Numbered from the stretch's first letter, positions 7,779-18,436 are shown. The stretch: DNA of 31,455 nt from Chamaesiphon sp. (GCA_965246715.1 CBDFFH010000028.1:1-31455); one strand, 5' to 3'. The notes: a model not told the origin generated them from the letters alone. A program made the numbers and translations.

Positions 7779-9002
7779 ATGTCACTTTTCAGTCGCCTTT
7801 TAAATCTTCATACCGATAAAACTCCGCTAGAAGACTTTTTCACAGAGCTAGTTGCTCACCTCTTCACTATAGATCGACAAATTTTGTTTGCTTGGCTTAA
7901 ATATATAGGCTTACTAGACACAGAGGCTTACTTGGATGCTTATATTTCAACTCAGCAGACATTCGATCGTCTTAATCATCATGATTCAGATAGTCGCCCC
8001 GATCTTGTAATTGAACTAGGAGATGGCTCTAACAAAGACCTCATTTTTATTGAAAGTAAAATTGGTTCTAAAGAAGGTTACAAGCAACTTCCAAGGTATG
8101 CAGAGATTTTGGATAAACTTCCAGATTTACGAAATAAAGTACTTATCTATATTACTCGTGATTTCGAGCCAAAAGATCGAGAAATTGTTCTGAATAGAAT
8201 TCCTGACTCGAATGTTCGGTTCATACAAGTTCGATGGCATCAGTTTTATCAGTTTTTGAAAGCTCAGACCGACACAATACTGTTCGAAGAAATTATTAAA
8301 TTTATGCAGGAGCATCAGATGGCACATAATAATCAATTTTCTTCTATCGATGTAATCGCACTAGCAAATTTCACAAAATCACTCAAACTCATGGAACAAA
8401 CTATGTGGGGAGAAGTGAGTCAAAGATTTGAGAAGATTCTAGGCTCGATGGCACCACTTTCTACAACATTCACCCAATTTCGACTGAACGAGCGATATTT
8501 AATGTATTCCTGGTTGCCATATAAATGGTGGTGTGGACTAGGTTTTATGCTGAATACATCAAGCTCAACTGACTATCCAACAGTTTGTCTTGTGCTCGAA
8601 GTACAGCCTCAATCTCCCTGTCGAGCAGAAATTATTGAAGCTATGAAGGCAATTTGCAAAGAAAACTCTGATTGGAAAGGATACGATCTGGATAATGCAA
8701 AAGCTTGGTCGAGAATAGTTCTAGGTAGAAGTCTACAGAGTTTTCTCTCGAAGGAAGACCACATAGCAACTATCAAAGAATTCTTTCTAAAGTCTCTAGA
8801 CGAATTGAGTAATATCAAGACTAAATATCCAGATTTACCGTGGAATGCCATTGTAGATGGTGTGGGGAGTTTTGATAATTCATTACCATCTGTACCGATC
8901 GATATCGATCGAATTATCCATAGTGTAGATGCATCTATTGAGGAAGACATACCAGATATCCTCGATAATGACAGCTTCGAGCCAGTATTGACTTTAAGTT
9001 AA
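7779..9002 (+). CDS. PD-(D/E)XK nuclease superfamily protein
   Basis: EDFFTE...RPDLVI...IFIESKIGS...QLPRY motif arrangement in the N-terminal half; unknown C-terminal domain with acidic tail; AT-rich. Confidence 0.75.
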   Translation: MSLFSRLLNLHTDKTPLEDFFTELVAHLFTIDRQILFAWLKYIGLLDTEAYLDAYISTQQTFDRLNHHDSDSRPDLVIELGDGSNKDLIFIESKIGSKEGYKQLPRYAEILDKLPDLRNKVLIYITRDFEPKDREIVLNRIPDSNVRFIQVRWHQFYQFLKAQTDTILFEEIIKFMQEHQMAHNNQFSSIDVIALANFTKSLKLMEQTMWGEVSQRFEKILGSMAPLSTTFTQFRLNERYLMYSWLPYKWWCGLGFMLNTSSSTDYPTVCLVLEVQPQSPCRAEIIEAMKAICKENSDWKGYDLDNAKAWSRIVLGRSLQSFLSKEDHIATIKEFFLKSLDELSNIKTKYPDLPWNAIVDGVGSFDNSLPSVPIDIDRIIHSVDASIEEDIPDILDNDSFEPVLTLS

Positions 9003-9295
9003 AATAAAAATCGCTTGTAAGAAGACACAAACATTGGGTTTGGACGATCGCAAGCAAGGTTGCGGGCAATAAAATCAAACTGAGAAAATATCTAAATTAT
9101 GTTATCTGGGAATGGCTCCAAAACTTGAAAAGCGATCTAGTGCGCTTCCTCCTCTTCCACTCCCAATATTTTGAGAATCAGTTTGGCGATCTGTGGTGGA
9201 TAATCTGGCTCTGGATGTCCGCCGAGAATGCTCCGCATCGCGATCGATCCCGTACCCAAAAACAAATCGATCGCATAGCCAAAGCCACACGCTCG

Positions 9296-9345
9296 ATTTA
9301 AATAATTAGTCGCTAACTTAATTTAAATAATTAGTTGCTAACTTA
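9296..9345. repeat. 25-bp tandem duplication
   Basis: ATTTAAATAATTAGTCGCTAACTTA / ATTTAAATAATTAGTTGCTAACTTA (1 mismatch). Confidence 0.85.
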
Positions 9346-10644
9346 ATAACTATCCGTAGGATTCACCAATCTCAGTAACTTCTGTTTGATTTGATTGTCG
9401 AAGACTTCCCACTTCATCTTTGAAAAATCGGGATTGTCGTTAAATCCACATAAAAAGCCGACGGGAATCTCAAACCCACCAGCTGTAAAGCGTCCGCCAC
9501 CGAAGAAACGGCCTTCGCTATTTTTACCAAATGCCTCTTTAATAAACTCGTCCGGATCGAGCGTTAGTTTCGACGTGCGGAGCGAACCGATTACTAATTC
9601 CACCTCATCATCTTCATCGCGCACGATGCCATATACCACCGCAGTATGAACGTTTTCTTCAGTTACTAAAAAGTCTGCAGCTTGGGGAATCGCATCGCGG
9701 TCTTCATAGCGTAAATACCCCACCCCACCGATCGAGAAATTATTCTGCACCACGCGATTGGTGAGCGATCGCTGAATCACCTCCATGACGCGTTTCGATC
9801 GATAGACCTGTAAAATCGCATTGAGGAGCTGTGCGTCGTAAAAGCGACTGAGATAACCCGCAGCTAGGAAATCCTCTTCCTGAGCTTGCATCAGGCGATT
9901 GGTGTCCGATCGTAAGCCATGCATCAGCGCGGTCGCACATTTGACATGCTCGGCGATACTGCTATCGAGCTTGAGCATTCCCGCTTGGAGATATTGCGTA
10001 AGGATCGTCGCCGTCGCGCGGGTGGTGGGACGAATATCGACAAATTCAGCGTTGAGATCTTCTTGGAGGCTATGGTGGTCGATGATGACGGTAATCGGGA
10101 TCCCAGCTTGCTGGACTTGTTCTAATAATTGACAAGTGGTGCCTTGATTATCGATCAGGACACAGCCTTGATAATTAGCGAGATCTTTTTCCTTGAGATT
10201 GGCACTGGCAATCTTCTTAGTTGGCAATCCCGTCAACTTGACCAGCGCGATATTCTCTTGATGGCTGAGCGCGCCTGCATAGATCAGATCGCAATTAATA
10301 TTGTATTGCTTGGCAATCAGTTGATAAGCCCAAGCACCCGATAGTGCATCGGGGTCGGGAAAGTCCTGCAAAAGGACTATTTGCCGCTCGCCGCGATGTC
10401 GATCTAATGTGGCTTTGAGTGCAGCTACCCGAATATCTTGCGAGGGCAGCTCGAGATGTTCTGTGGGGATGGCAAGTGCGGTAGCAGTACCATTCATTGC
10501 ATGATTACCCTCACGATCGAATCGAAGTTCTGAATGTTCGACATCTGGATCTGTCGGTTTTGTCATTTCGAGCAGTCCACGAAGAGTGTGTGTATCCATG
10601 TCTGAAGCTTGACCATTGAGAGGCTTAATCGAATTTAATGACAT
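9343..10644 (-). CDS. DHH/DHHA1 family phosphoesterase (NrnA-like)
   Basis: QDFPDPDALSG, LIDNQ, IIDHH, GLRSDT and C-terminal FFGGGRFTAGG motifs. Confidence 0.88.
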   Translation of the reverse strand: MSLNSIKPLNGQASDMDTHTLRGLLEMTKPTDPDVEHSELRFDREGNHAMNGTATALAIPTEHLELPSQDIRVAALKATLDRHRGERQIVLLQDFPDPDALSGAWAYQLIAKQYNINCDLIYAGALSHQENIALVKLTGLPTKKIASANLKEKDLANYQGCVLIDNQGTTCQLLEQVQQAGIPITVIIDHHSLQEDLNAEFVDIRPTTRATATILTQYLQAGMLKLDSSIAEHVKCATALMHGLRSDTNRLMQAQEEDFLAAGYLSRFYDAQLLNAILQVYRSKRVMEVIQRSLTNRVVQNNFSIGGVGYLRYEDRDAIPQAADFLVTEENVHTAVVYGIVRDEDDEVELVIGSLRTSKLTLDPDEFIKEAFGKNSEGRFFGGGRFTAGGFEIPVGFLCGFNDNPDFSKMKWEVFDNQIKQKLLRLVNPTDSY

Positions 10645-10896
10645 CTAATTCAACGGACGCAAAAGAACTAATTGAAATTAACCAACAACTAATAATCTAT
10701 TGTGCTATCTCGGGGAAGTATTTTTGCTTCGATCGACAGGCTTTGTTGATGTCATTGGCTCAAGCCACTGGACGATCGAATTGACTGCTGACGAATACTT
10801 AGAACCGATCGCCTGGGTATAATATCCCTAACAAACTATCATAAACAACTCCTTTGGCATTGGCAATTAGAGATTTTACCTAAACCCGATCTGTTG

Positions 10897-10950
10897 GAGT
10901 CGGAATCTACTACTTGCAACGATCGTAGCAAATCGATCCCGACTCTTTTT
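10897..10950. repeat. REP-like inverted repeat/possible terminator
   Basis: GAGTCGGAATC (10897-10907) ... GATCCCGACTC (10935-10945) then TTTTT; related to the 945-973 hairpin. Confidence 0.45.
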
Positions 10951-11019
10951 GCCGATCGCTGTACGGATCGCTTCAACTGGGTACGCGATCTGTTGATGAT
11001 ACAAAAAGCACAACTCAGT

Positions 11020-11700
11020 TTACAACCGTTGTAATAAATTCAGTCCATGAGTATCCGTACCGCAGGTATGCAGCAAGTTGTAACTATTACCCAACCGTTT
11101 GACAGTTTCTGTCTGCTCGAAACTGGGAATCCAGGGATTGGGATTGTTGTAAGCGTAATAAGTTTCTACGCCGTCGATACCTAGCGACACAGCCATCGGA
11201 ATCAATTCTTCTGGCAACCGCCGATAGCGGCAGGGGTGCGCTAATACGACAATCGCCCCAGCTTTATGTAACGCCGCAATCGCCCGTTCCGCCCGCGCGT
11301 CCGCACCTCTAGGTTCGCGCCCAGTCAGATATGGCGCTAAACTTGGTTCCTCCGGATTGAAGCCATAACCGAGAATGTGTACGTCTACAGGTGGCAGATA
11401 TGCCGTGATTTCGATGCCCGTCCACAACTGCAGCGAATCGAGATTTTGTGCTGCTAGCCATTTCGCAGCCCGATAATACCCATCCACACTGTGGTGATCT
11501 GTAATAGCGATGCCCTGCAATCCAATACTTACCGCCTGACTCATCAGATCTTCCGGCAGCAGCTTGCCATCGGAGCAGTTGGTATGCATATGAAAGTTGT
11601 AATGCTTAGGGCAACTATCAGCCTGAATGTTTGTAAAGACTTGCCGCAGTAAGGTGGTATTTTGTGCTGAGTTTTGGTTCCCCATGGCTTTAGGATGCAC
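11020..11700 (-). CDS. PHP domain metal-dependent phosphoesterase (TrpH/YciV-like)
   Basis: NFHMHTNCSDG, AITDHH, GIEI, VHILGY, LAHP, GTDTHG; start may instead be ATG 11685. Confidence 0.9.
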   Translation of the reverse strand: MHPKAMGNQNSAQNTTLLRQVFTNIQADSCPKHYNFHMHTNCSDGKLLPEDLMSQAVSIGLQGIAITDHHSVDGYYRAAKWLAAQNLDSLQLWTGIEITAYLPPVDVHILGYGFNPEEPSLAPYLTGREPRGADARAERAIAALHKAGAIVVLAHPCRYRRLPEELIPMAVSLGIDGVETYYAYNNPNPWIPSFEQTETVKRLGNSYNLLHTCGTDTHGLNLLQRL

Positions 11701-12189
11701 GATGTTGGTAGTTGCCTACGATCGTGATGTTTGGTTCCGTAAAAAAATTGTGCTACTTCTATCTTAAGATTACCCCAATCCCTGTAAAACTTTATGAAAA
11801 TAGTGGCCCCCACTCTCTCATAATCGATCGGCTAGTTTAGTGTTCTCTTCCTAATTTTAGCGGGATAATGCAGTGATTGCTGTAAGGTCTCAGGATTCGC
11901 GTTCCGTATCTCCTCGGCAAGACTCGCCAACGGGTAGCGGCTGTCTCCGCAAAGCGGCTTTACTCAGGCAACGGCTGCGCCAATGCCCAAGATTCTGAAG
12001 ATTTCCGGATATGTTCGATCGGGTTCGGGACTTTATTAATTTACGATCGAGTCTTTATCAAAAAGTTTAATGATATTTTAAGATTTCTCACAGATTCGAG
12101 CGATCCCCGCGACAGCATCTTATGATATGTGGGTGAGTGTAAACAGCCACAACCGTTCTTTCAGCCATCAGGCGGGTGAGGTTCCGATC

Positions 12190-12477
12190 GTGTCATCAAA
12201 CTTCCTACGTTCTTTATTTCTGGCTGCGCTATTTAGTTTTTTTGCTCCACTGCTGTTGGTATCCGGCTCCCTAGCTAGTACTTGGCTCTTGACTTGCATT
12301 CCGGGCTTAGGCGCGATCGGTCAAATGCCAACGGATATGGTACTCAGCTTTCTCAGTGCCTTCGGTAGTGGCTGTGCATTTCAAGGAATGCTGACAATCG
12401 GCCTAGCCTGCGGCTTTGTTGGCGCACTGTTCGATGTTTATGTCTTTTACAGCTTTGGGACTCAGAAGGGGAATTAG
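12190..12477 (+). CDS. Small hypothetical membrane protein
   Basis: Hydrophobic segments (NFLRSLFLAALFSFFAPLLL; LTIGLACGFVGALFDVY); GTG 12190 follows a GGTGAGG RBS-like sequence (track start 12127). Confidence 0.7.
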   Translation: MSSNFLRSLFLAALFSFFAPLLLVSGSLASTWLLTCIPGLGAIGQMPTDMVLSFLSAFGSGCAFQGMLTIGLACGFVGALFDVYVFYSFGTQKGN

Positions 12478-12570
12478 GGATTTACGCTACTAGGATCTCT
12501 GCCTTGACCACATAGTTCGCTCGCTTCCCACCATGTAGAATAGAAACATAACTTTACATTGGGCGATCGC

Positions 12571-14076
12571 ATGGCGGCGGACTTTAGAGGATTTTTGGAC
12601 GTACTCGAACAACGGGGACAACTGCGGCGGATTAAGACCTTTGTAGATTCGGACTTAGAAATCGCCGAAATTGCCAATCGGATGTTGCAGTGTGGCGGCC
12701 CTGGCTTATTATTTGAAAACGTCAAAGGGGCGAAATATCCCGTTGCTGTCAATATCATGGGCACGGTAGAGCGGATCTGCTGGGCAATGAATATGGGCAA
12801 ACCTCAGGAATTAGAAGATCTGGGGCGGAAGTTGGCAATGTTGCAACAACCCAAGCCGCCGAAAAAGGTCGCTCAAGCAGTTGAGTTTGGCAAAGTATTA
12901 TTTGATGTCCTCAAAGCCAAGCCGAGTCGAGATTACTTTCCTCCCTGTCAGCAGGTAGTAGTCCAAGGTGATGACTTAGATCTAAATAGTCTGCCATTGA
13001 TTCGTCCCTATGCTGGCGATGCGGGCAAAATTGTCACGTTGGGATTGGTAATTACCAAAGATTGCGAGACAGGTACGCCAAATATCGGGGTGTATCGACT
13101 CCAATTGCAGTCGAAGAATACGATGACAGTGCAATGGTTGTCGATTCGTGGCGGTGCGCGTCACTTACGCAAAGCCGCCGAGCGGGGTAAAAAACTGGAA
13201 ATCGCGATCGCGTTAGGCGTGCATCCCCTGGTAATTATGGCCGCCGCGACCCCAATTCCGATCGATCTATCGGAATGGTTATTCGCTGGAATCTACGGCG
13301 GCGGTGGGGTGAAATTAGCTAAATGTAAAACTGTCGATCTGGAAGTCCCAGCGGATTCCGAGTTTGTGATCGAGGGCACGATTACGCCAGGAGAAGAAAT
13401 GGTAGATGGCCCCTTCGGAGATCACATGGGTTATTATAACCTCTCCAAGTCCTGCCCGTTAATCCGATTCAACTGCATGACGCATCGGAAAGATCCGATC
13501 TATTTGACGACATTTAGCGGTCGTCCGCCGAAGGAAGAAGCGATGATGGCGATCGCACTCAACCGCATTTACACGCCAATTTTACGCCAACAGGTGCCAG
13601 AAATCGTCGATTTCTTCTTGCCAATGGAAGCATTGAGTTACAAAGCGGCGGTAATTTCGATCGATAAAGCTTACCCAGGACAAGCACGACGCGCCGCGTT
13701 AGCATTTTGGAGTGCGTTACCGCAATTTACCTATACTAAATTTGTCATCGTTGTCGATAAAGATATCAATATCCGCGACCCGCGCCAAGTCGTTTGGGCG
13801 ATTAGTTCCAAAGTCGATCCGCAGCGCGATGTATTTATCATCCCCGATACTCCCTTCGATAAGCTTGACTTTGCAACGCCGAAGGTGGGACTGGGAAGCC
13901 GGATGGGTATCGATGCTACTACCAAAGTCTATCCCGAAACCGACCACGTTTGGGGCGAACAATTGGAATCCGATCCGGCGGTAGCTGAGATGGTGAGCCG
14001 ACGCTGGAAAGAGTATGGTTTAGCCGATATCAATCTAGATGAAGTTAATGGTAACTTGTTTGGGTATGATATGTAG
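12571..14076 (+). CDS. ubiD: UbiD-family prenylated-FMN decarboxylase (likely plastoquinone pathway)
   Basis: DFRGFL start, GPGLLFENVKG, NIGVYRLQ, EFVIEG, DGPFGDHMGYY, KFVIVVD, MGIDAT; ATG at 12571. Confidence 0.92.
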   Translation: MAADFRGFLDVLEQRGQLRRIKTFVDSDLEIAEIANRMLQCGGPGLLFENVKGAKYPVAVNIMGTVERICWAMNMGKPQELEDLGRKLAMLQQPKPPKKVAQAVEFGKVLFDVLKAKPSRDYFPPCQQVVVQGDDLDLNSLPLIRPYAGDAGKIVTLGLVITKDCETGTPNIGVYRLQLQSKNTMTVQWLSIRGGARHLRKAAERGKKLEIAIALGVHPLVIMAAATPIPIDLSEWLFAGIYGGGGVKLAKCKTVDLEVPADSEFVIEGTITPGEEMVDGPFGDHMGYYNLSKSCPLIRFNCMTHRKDPIYLTTFSGRPPKEEAMMAIALNRIYTPILRQQVPEIVDFFLPMEALSYKAAVISIDKAYPGQARRAALAFWSALPQFTYTKFVIVVDKDINIRDPRQVVWAISSKVDPQRDVFIIPDTPFDKLDFATPKVGLGSRMGIDATTKVYPETDHVWGEQLESDPAVAEMVSRRWKEYGLADINLDEVNGNLFGYDM

Positions 14077-14092
14077 CGCGTTGAGCCACAAC

Positions 14093-14120
14093 TAGAGGAT
14101 ACCCACAACGGGTGCCCTAC
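14093..14120. repeat. GTAG-type REP-like palindrome downstream of ubiD
   Basis: TAGAGGATACCC-ACAAC-GGGTGCCCTAC imperfect hairpin. Confidence 0.5.
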
Positions 14121-14518
14121 TGGTGTCTATCATTAATAATTGATGATATTTTGCACTCATCAGAATCACCTAAATTTAATTAAATTACGCAAAAAATAAC
14201 AATCGCCTAACGCGAGCGATCGAGTGAATATTGTTAATACAATTGAAAATCTTAAACTCGAGAGCTATCGAATGTTGAATCCGATCGAGATCGACGATCG
14301 ATCGCTCAATTTTGCGATAGTTTGGGGATGAGTTAGCTAATTCAGACACAATTGAATCGGCTTTAGTGTCTTACTCTAAACATCATAAAAATCGCTAGGT
14401 ATTTTTCCATCTGTCGATCGGAGGAGATCGCTTTGCGCTACATCCAAGTACAGGTAAAAACTAGCCTAACTACAAACTCGATCGAGGCATAACTCTTGCT
14501 ATAACCAGGCATCCAGCT

Positions 14519-17023
14519 TTAAGTTAAAATACTGCCGCCCATCAACTTTTGAAACCGATAATCCAACTCCACTTTTAATTTGGGCGACTCACTCAAATCA
14601 TTATCGCGTAAAATGACCTTCTCTGCGGCATTTCTGGCGATGGTTAAAATCTCACCATCCTCTGCCAAACTCGCCAGCGCAAAGTCTGCCATCCCCGACT
14701 GGCGCGTCCCTAGTACCTGCCCTGGCCCGCGCAACTGCATATCCATCTCTGAAATCCAGAACCCATCCTGCGACTGCTCCAGCACTTGCAACCGTTGTTT
14801 GGCATCGCTCGACATGCTGTTACTCATCAGCAGACAGTAGGAACGATGCTGTCCCCGCCCGACGCGTCCGCGTAACTGATGCAATTGCGATAGCCCAAAG
14901 CGTTCGGCATTTTCGATCAGCATCACCGTGGCATTCGGCACGTCTACCCCGACCTCGATTACCGTCGTGGAGACGATAATCTGGGTCTGATTATCGCGAA
15001 ATGCCATAAGTGCCGCATCTTTATCCGCTGAACTCATCCGCCCGTGCAGTAGTCCCACCTGAAACTCTGGGAAGACCTCACTCGCTAAGCGTTCGTGCTC
15101 CTCTGTTGCCGCACGCAGATCCAATTTTTCGGACTCTTCTACTAGCGGTAAAACGATATACACCTGTCGCCCCTGAACGATTTCACGGCGCATCAGGTCA
15201 TAGGCTTGAGTGCGCTGGCGGCTATTGAGTGCATTGGTTTGAATCGGTTGTCGTCCGGCTGGTAATTCGTCGATCTGGCTGACATCTAAATCGCCGTGTA
15301 AAGTAAGTGCCAGGGTGCGGGGGATGGGTGTAGCAGTCATCGTCAGCACGTGCGGCTGAGCGCCTTTTTGCTGCAATTTAGCGCGTTGAAATACCCCGAA
15401 GCGATGTTGCTCGTCGATGACGACGAGACCGAGGTTGCGGAAATTGACCTTATCTTGAATTAGAGCATGAGTACCGACGGCGATCGAGAGTTCGCCAGTT
15501 TCCAGTTCGCGATAGATTTGCCGCCGTTTGCCAATTTTGGTCGAACCAGTCAGGAGTTCGACGGGGAGATGTAATAGGTTGAACCAGCCAACTAACTTGC
15601 GATAATGTTGTTCGGCGAGGACCTCTGTCGGTGCCATTAATGCAGTCTGATACCCCGATTGAATCGCGGCTAAAATTGCCATTACCGCGACAACAGTTTT
15701 ACCCGAACCTACATCTCCCTGTACCAACCGATTCATCGGTGCGGTTTGTTGGAGATCTGTAAGAATCTCGCCAACTACCCGTTGCTGGGCGGTGGTGAGT
15801 TGAAATGGTAACATCTCTCTAAATCGATCGATCAGCACTCCCTTTGGTTCGATGACCGCTTGAGTATGAATCTGGCGGAGCAAGTGACGGCGTTGTAAAA
15901 AGCCCAATTGGAGATAGAAAAACTCATCAAAAATCAACCGTCGCCGCGCGGCTTCTTTAGCATTGCTATCTTCAGGGAAATGAATATTAGCGATCGCACC
16001 TGCTAATTCCATCAGTCCATATTGTTCGCAGATAACTTTCGGTAGCGGATCTTTTAGTAGTGCAGCAGCAGGTAAGACTGTTACTACTGCCTCGCGCACG
16101 GTATCAGCCGAAACTCCTTCAATTAACGGATAAACAGGTAGTACTCGCCCGATTTTGAGTGAAGAAACACTCGCCTCATTATCTGCTAAAACTTCTAATT
16201 CGGGATTGTCGAGATTGATGCCGTATTTACCTTGCTTGACCAATCCCGATGCCGCAATCCAACTCCCTACCGGGTATTTCCGTTTGAGCGATTCTTGCCA
16301 GCCGCGATTGCTATAGCGAGTTCCTGCATAAAAACGGCTGATTTTTAGGGAACCAGTCTCATCTTTGAGGGTGATTTCTAAAACATTGAGCTTCTTATTT
16401 TTAGGACTGGTAAAGAAGTTAAATTTTCTAATGATGCCAACCAATGTAACTGTCGCGCCTGGCTCCAGTTCGATGATATTAACTTGTCTGGCATAGTCGA
16501 TATGATCGCGGGGATAATAATACAAAACATCTCGAACCGTCCACAATCCCAACCGACTGAGAATTTCAGCTTTGCGCGTACCTATTTGGGGGATTTCTTT
16601 GAGATAGCGATCGAGTGTTAAATTGAGATCGCCTTTGGCAACTGGCATCGTTGCTGGTAATATTTTTGGTGTCGTAGGTGTGGCGATCGCACTCCGAGAT
16701 TCACTTACTTTGACAGGATTAACTGATGGCTGAGTGCTAGCTTTTTGTGCTGCCACTTGTTGCGCCACTATCAAAAATTGACTGGCTCTAGCAATCAATA
16801 ACTTCCGATCGGTTAACACCAAATCGTGATAATTATTAAACTCACGGGCGTATTCCCGCCAATGCTTGCGATCGCTAAAACTTGTATGCTCTGGCGGTCT
16901 CCCAAAGCTCAAACATAAGAATTCGCTGAAGCGGTATTGTTGTCCCTCCAAATCGGTATAACCATACTGCGCTTCAACTGCTAAAGCTTTGTGAATTCGT
17001 GACCAATCTGGTTCGCCGGACAT
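14519..17023 (-). CDS. recG: ATP-dependent DNA helicase RecG
   Basis: [60 protein letters not shown]; wedge/OB domain. Confidence 0.97.
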   Translation of the reverse strand: MSGEPDWSRIHKALAVEAQYGYTDLEGQQYRFSEFLCLSFGRPPEHTSFSDRKHWREYAREFNNYHDLVLTDRKLLIARASQFLIVAQQVAAQKASTQPSVNPVKVSESRSAIATPTTPKILPATMPVAKGDLNLTLDRYLKEIPQIGTRKAEILSRLGLWTVRDVLYYYPRDHIDYARQVNIIELEPGATVTLVGIIRKFNFFTSPKNKKLNVLEITLKDETGSLKISRFYAGTRYSNRGWQESLKRKYPVGSWIAASGLVKQGKYGINLDNPELEVLADNEASVSSLKIGRVLPVYPLIEGVSADTVREAVVTVLPAAALLKDPLPKVICEQYGLMELAGAIANIHFPEDSNAKEAARRRLIFDEFFYLQLGFLQRRHLLRQIHTQAVIEPKGVLIDRFREMLPFQLTTAQQRVVGEILTDLQQTAPMNRLVQGDVGSGKTVVAVMAILAAIQSGYQTALMAPTEVLAEQHYRKLVGWFNLLHLPVELLTGSTKIGKRRQIYRELETGELSIAVGTHALIQDKVNFRNLGLVVIDEQHRFGVFQRAKLQQKGAQPHVLTMTATPIPRTLALTLHGDLDVSQIDELPAGRQPIQTNALNSRQRTQAYDLMRREIVQGRQVYIVLPLVEESEKLDLRAATEEHERLASEVFPEFQVGLLHGRMSSADKDAALMAFRDNQTQIIVSTTVIEVGVDVPNATVMLIENAERFGLSQLHQLRGRVGRGQHRSYCLLMSNSMSSDAKQRLQVLEQSQDGFWISEMDMQLRGPGQVLGTRQSGMADFALASLAEDGEILTIARNAAEKVILRDNDLSESPKLKVELDYRFQKLMGGSILT

Positions 17024-17349
17024 CTATAACTTCAATCGAAAAGGTAGATAAATAATTAACCATCGCCCGATCGGGTTGGGTTACTTTAATTAGCTGTTGA
17101 CGATCGATTATTCCAGAGATCGGTCGATCGACGCAACTAAAATTTAGATCTCATCCGATGATACTCGATCGGTATTTACCATCTCCAAGTATAGCTCTAA
17201 ATCAAGCGGAAGATCGCTGCTGCTGCGGCTGCACCAGAGCTTGTCTGCGACAGTTATAGCACACAACCGATCGTCAGGCAGATCGATCGGGTTTAGTTAC
17301 TTTAACTCAAGTTGTTACTTAGAAATACCTACGATTAAAATCGTGTCTA

Positions 17350-17432
17350 ATGATGCAAAGTCCACCTTCATGGACTGGTTTATTAGTCCGCGAAGGCGGA
17401 CCTTGCATCATGAGGAGCGGTTTCTAATCGCT
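17350..17432. repeat. Multi-hairpin REP-like repeat homologous to the core of the outer MITE
   Basis: ATGATGCAAAGTCCACCTTCATGGACT...AGTCCGCGAAGGCGGACCTTGCATCAT plus AGCGGTT-TCT-AATCGCT. Confidence 0.8.
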
Positions 17433-17515
17433 TTGGTTATAGGTAGCAACTTGGGTTACTTTTTGGGTTACTGTAATGCTCGTTGGTTGCGCCAATCGGA
17501 GGTAATCGAGTGAGC

Positions 17516-18355
17516 TTATTCTTCAAACCAACTATTTCGCCAAGCTGCTGCGGCTTCAGCAACTTTTAAATCTTGCTGCTTCTGAAAATATTCGCGCCGC
17601 AACCCATTGATTCTATTAACCAATACATCAATATTCTTCCGACAACTCAACACAGCAGCATCCGAAAATTCAACTTCAGTCAACCGTAAATATAGGCTAT
17701 GAATTGGGAGTATTTTTGGCAATTCGTCTTCATCATCTCGTTCTGTAGAAAGCTCTTCTTCTTCTCTATTTTGTTCGATTAATACACTTAAAACATTCGG
17801 AATGTTTACGATACTCCCCCCTTGGCGATCGGCTTGAGGATTGGCTTCTAAGATCGGTTTAGGAATAGTTGGGGGCATTACTTGTCCCTGCTGTAAGAGG
17901 AGATTAACTTTATAGGAGATCTCTTTCAAGCTGTGGCCGATCTCTTCTTCCAAATGCTTTTGCCAAGTGGATAGCGAGATGGGTGTGGCAAACCAATCGG
18001 TAGGCATCATCGACATCGAGGTGATTTCTCCGGTCGGCTCGTCATCTTCAGCGTTATTATTATTAGCTTTCTCTGGTGAATCGATATGGACGACTAGATT
18101 CGCGACTGCATTATTAATCGTGCGTTGGAGCGTCTTCAGTAACTGCGCGCGCCGATCGTAATTTAACTTCAAAAAAGCTTCAGGATAACCATTAGTACAG
18201 AGATAATAACACCCCTGAATCGACTGTTTTTTGAGAGTCGGTGCAAAGGCAGCGAAGTAACTTTTGTAGGCAATCGTCAACTCTTTCCCCATCTGACTGC
18301 TCGCCATTCTGAGTTTAGTTAATTCCTGTTCGACTTGTTCGATCGGTCTAGCCAT
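17516..18355 (-). CDS. Conserved hypothetical cyanobacterial coiled-coil protein
   Basis: 279-aa ORF between tsf and recG; YYLCTNGYPEAFL and C-terminal AEAAAAWRNSW segments, helical termini. Confidence 0.82.
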   Translation of the reverse strand: MARPIEQVEQELTKLRMASSQMGKELTIAYKSYFAAFAPTLKKQSIQGCYYLCTNGYPEAFLKLNYDRRAQLLKTLQRTINNAVANLVVHIDSPEKANNNNAEDDEPTGEITSMSMMPTDWFATPISLSTWQKHLEEEIGHSLKEISYKVNLLLQQGQVMPPTIPKPILEANPQADRQGGSIVNIPNVLSVLIEQNREEEELSTERDDEDELPKILPIHSLYLRLTEVEFSDAAVLSCRKNIDVLVNRINGLRREYFQKQQDLKVAEAAAAWRNSWFEE

Positions 18356-18436
18356 AAAATTATAAATTATGAATTACTTGTACTGAGCGTAGCCAAAGTA
18401 TGAAGTATGTATATCGATCTCAAAATCACTCATTCC

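Noticed and set aside
14409..14426. ATCTGTC-GATC-GGAGGAG motif-like site
   Set aside because: Lies between convergent ubiD and recG 3' ends with no gene to regulate and overlaps a common CGATCG word
17032..17049. GGTAGAT upstream of recG as a member of the candidate motif
   Set aside because: Half-site only, unpaired; likely chance
17241..17513. 90-aa ORF
   Set aside because: TTG start, runs through a palindromic repeat, opposite to the flanking genes
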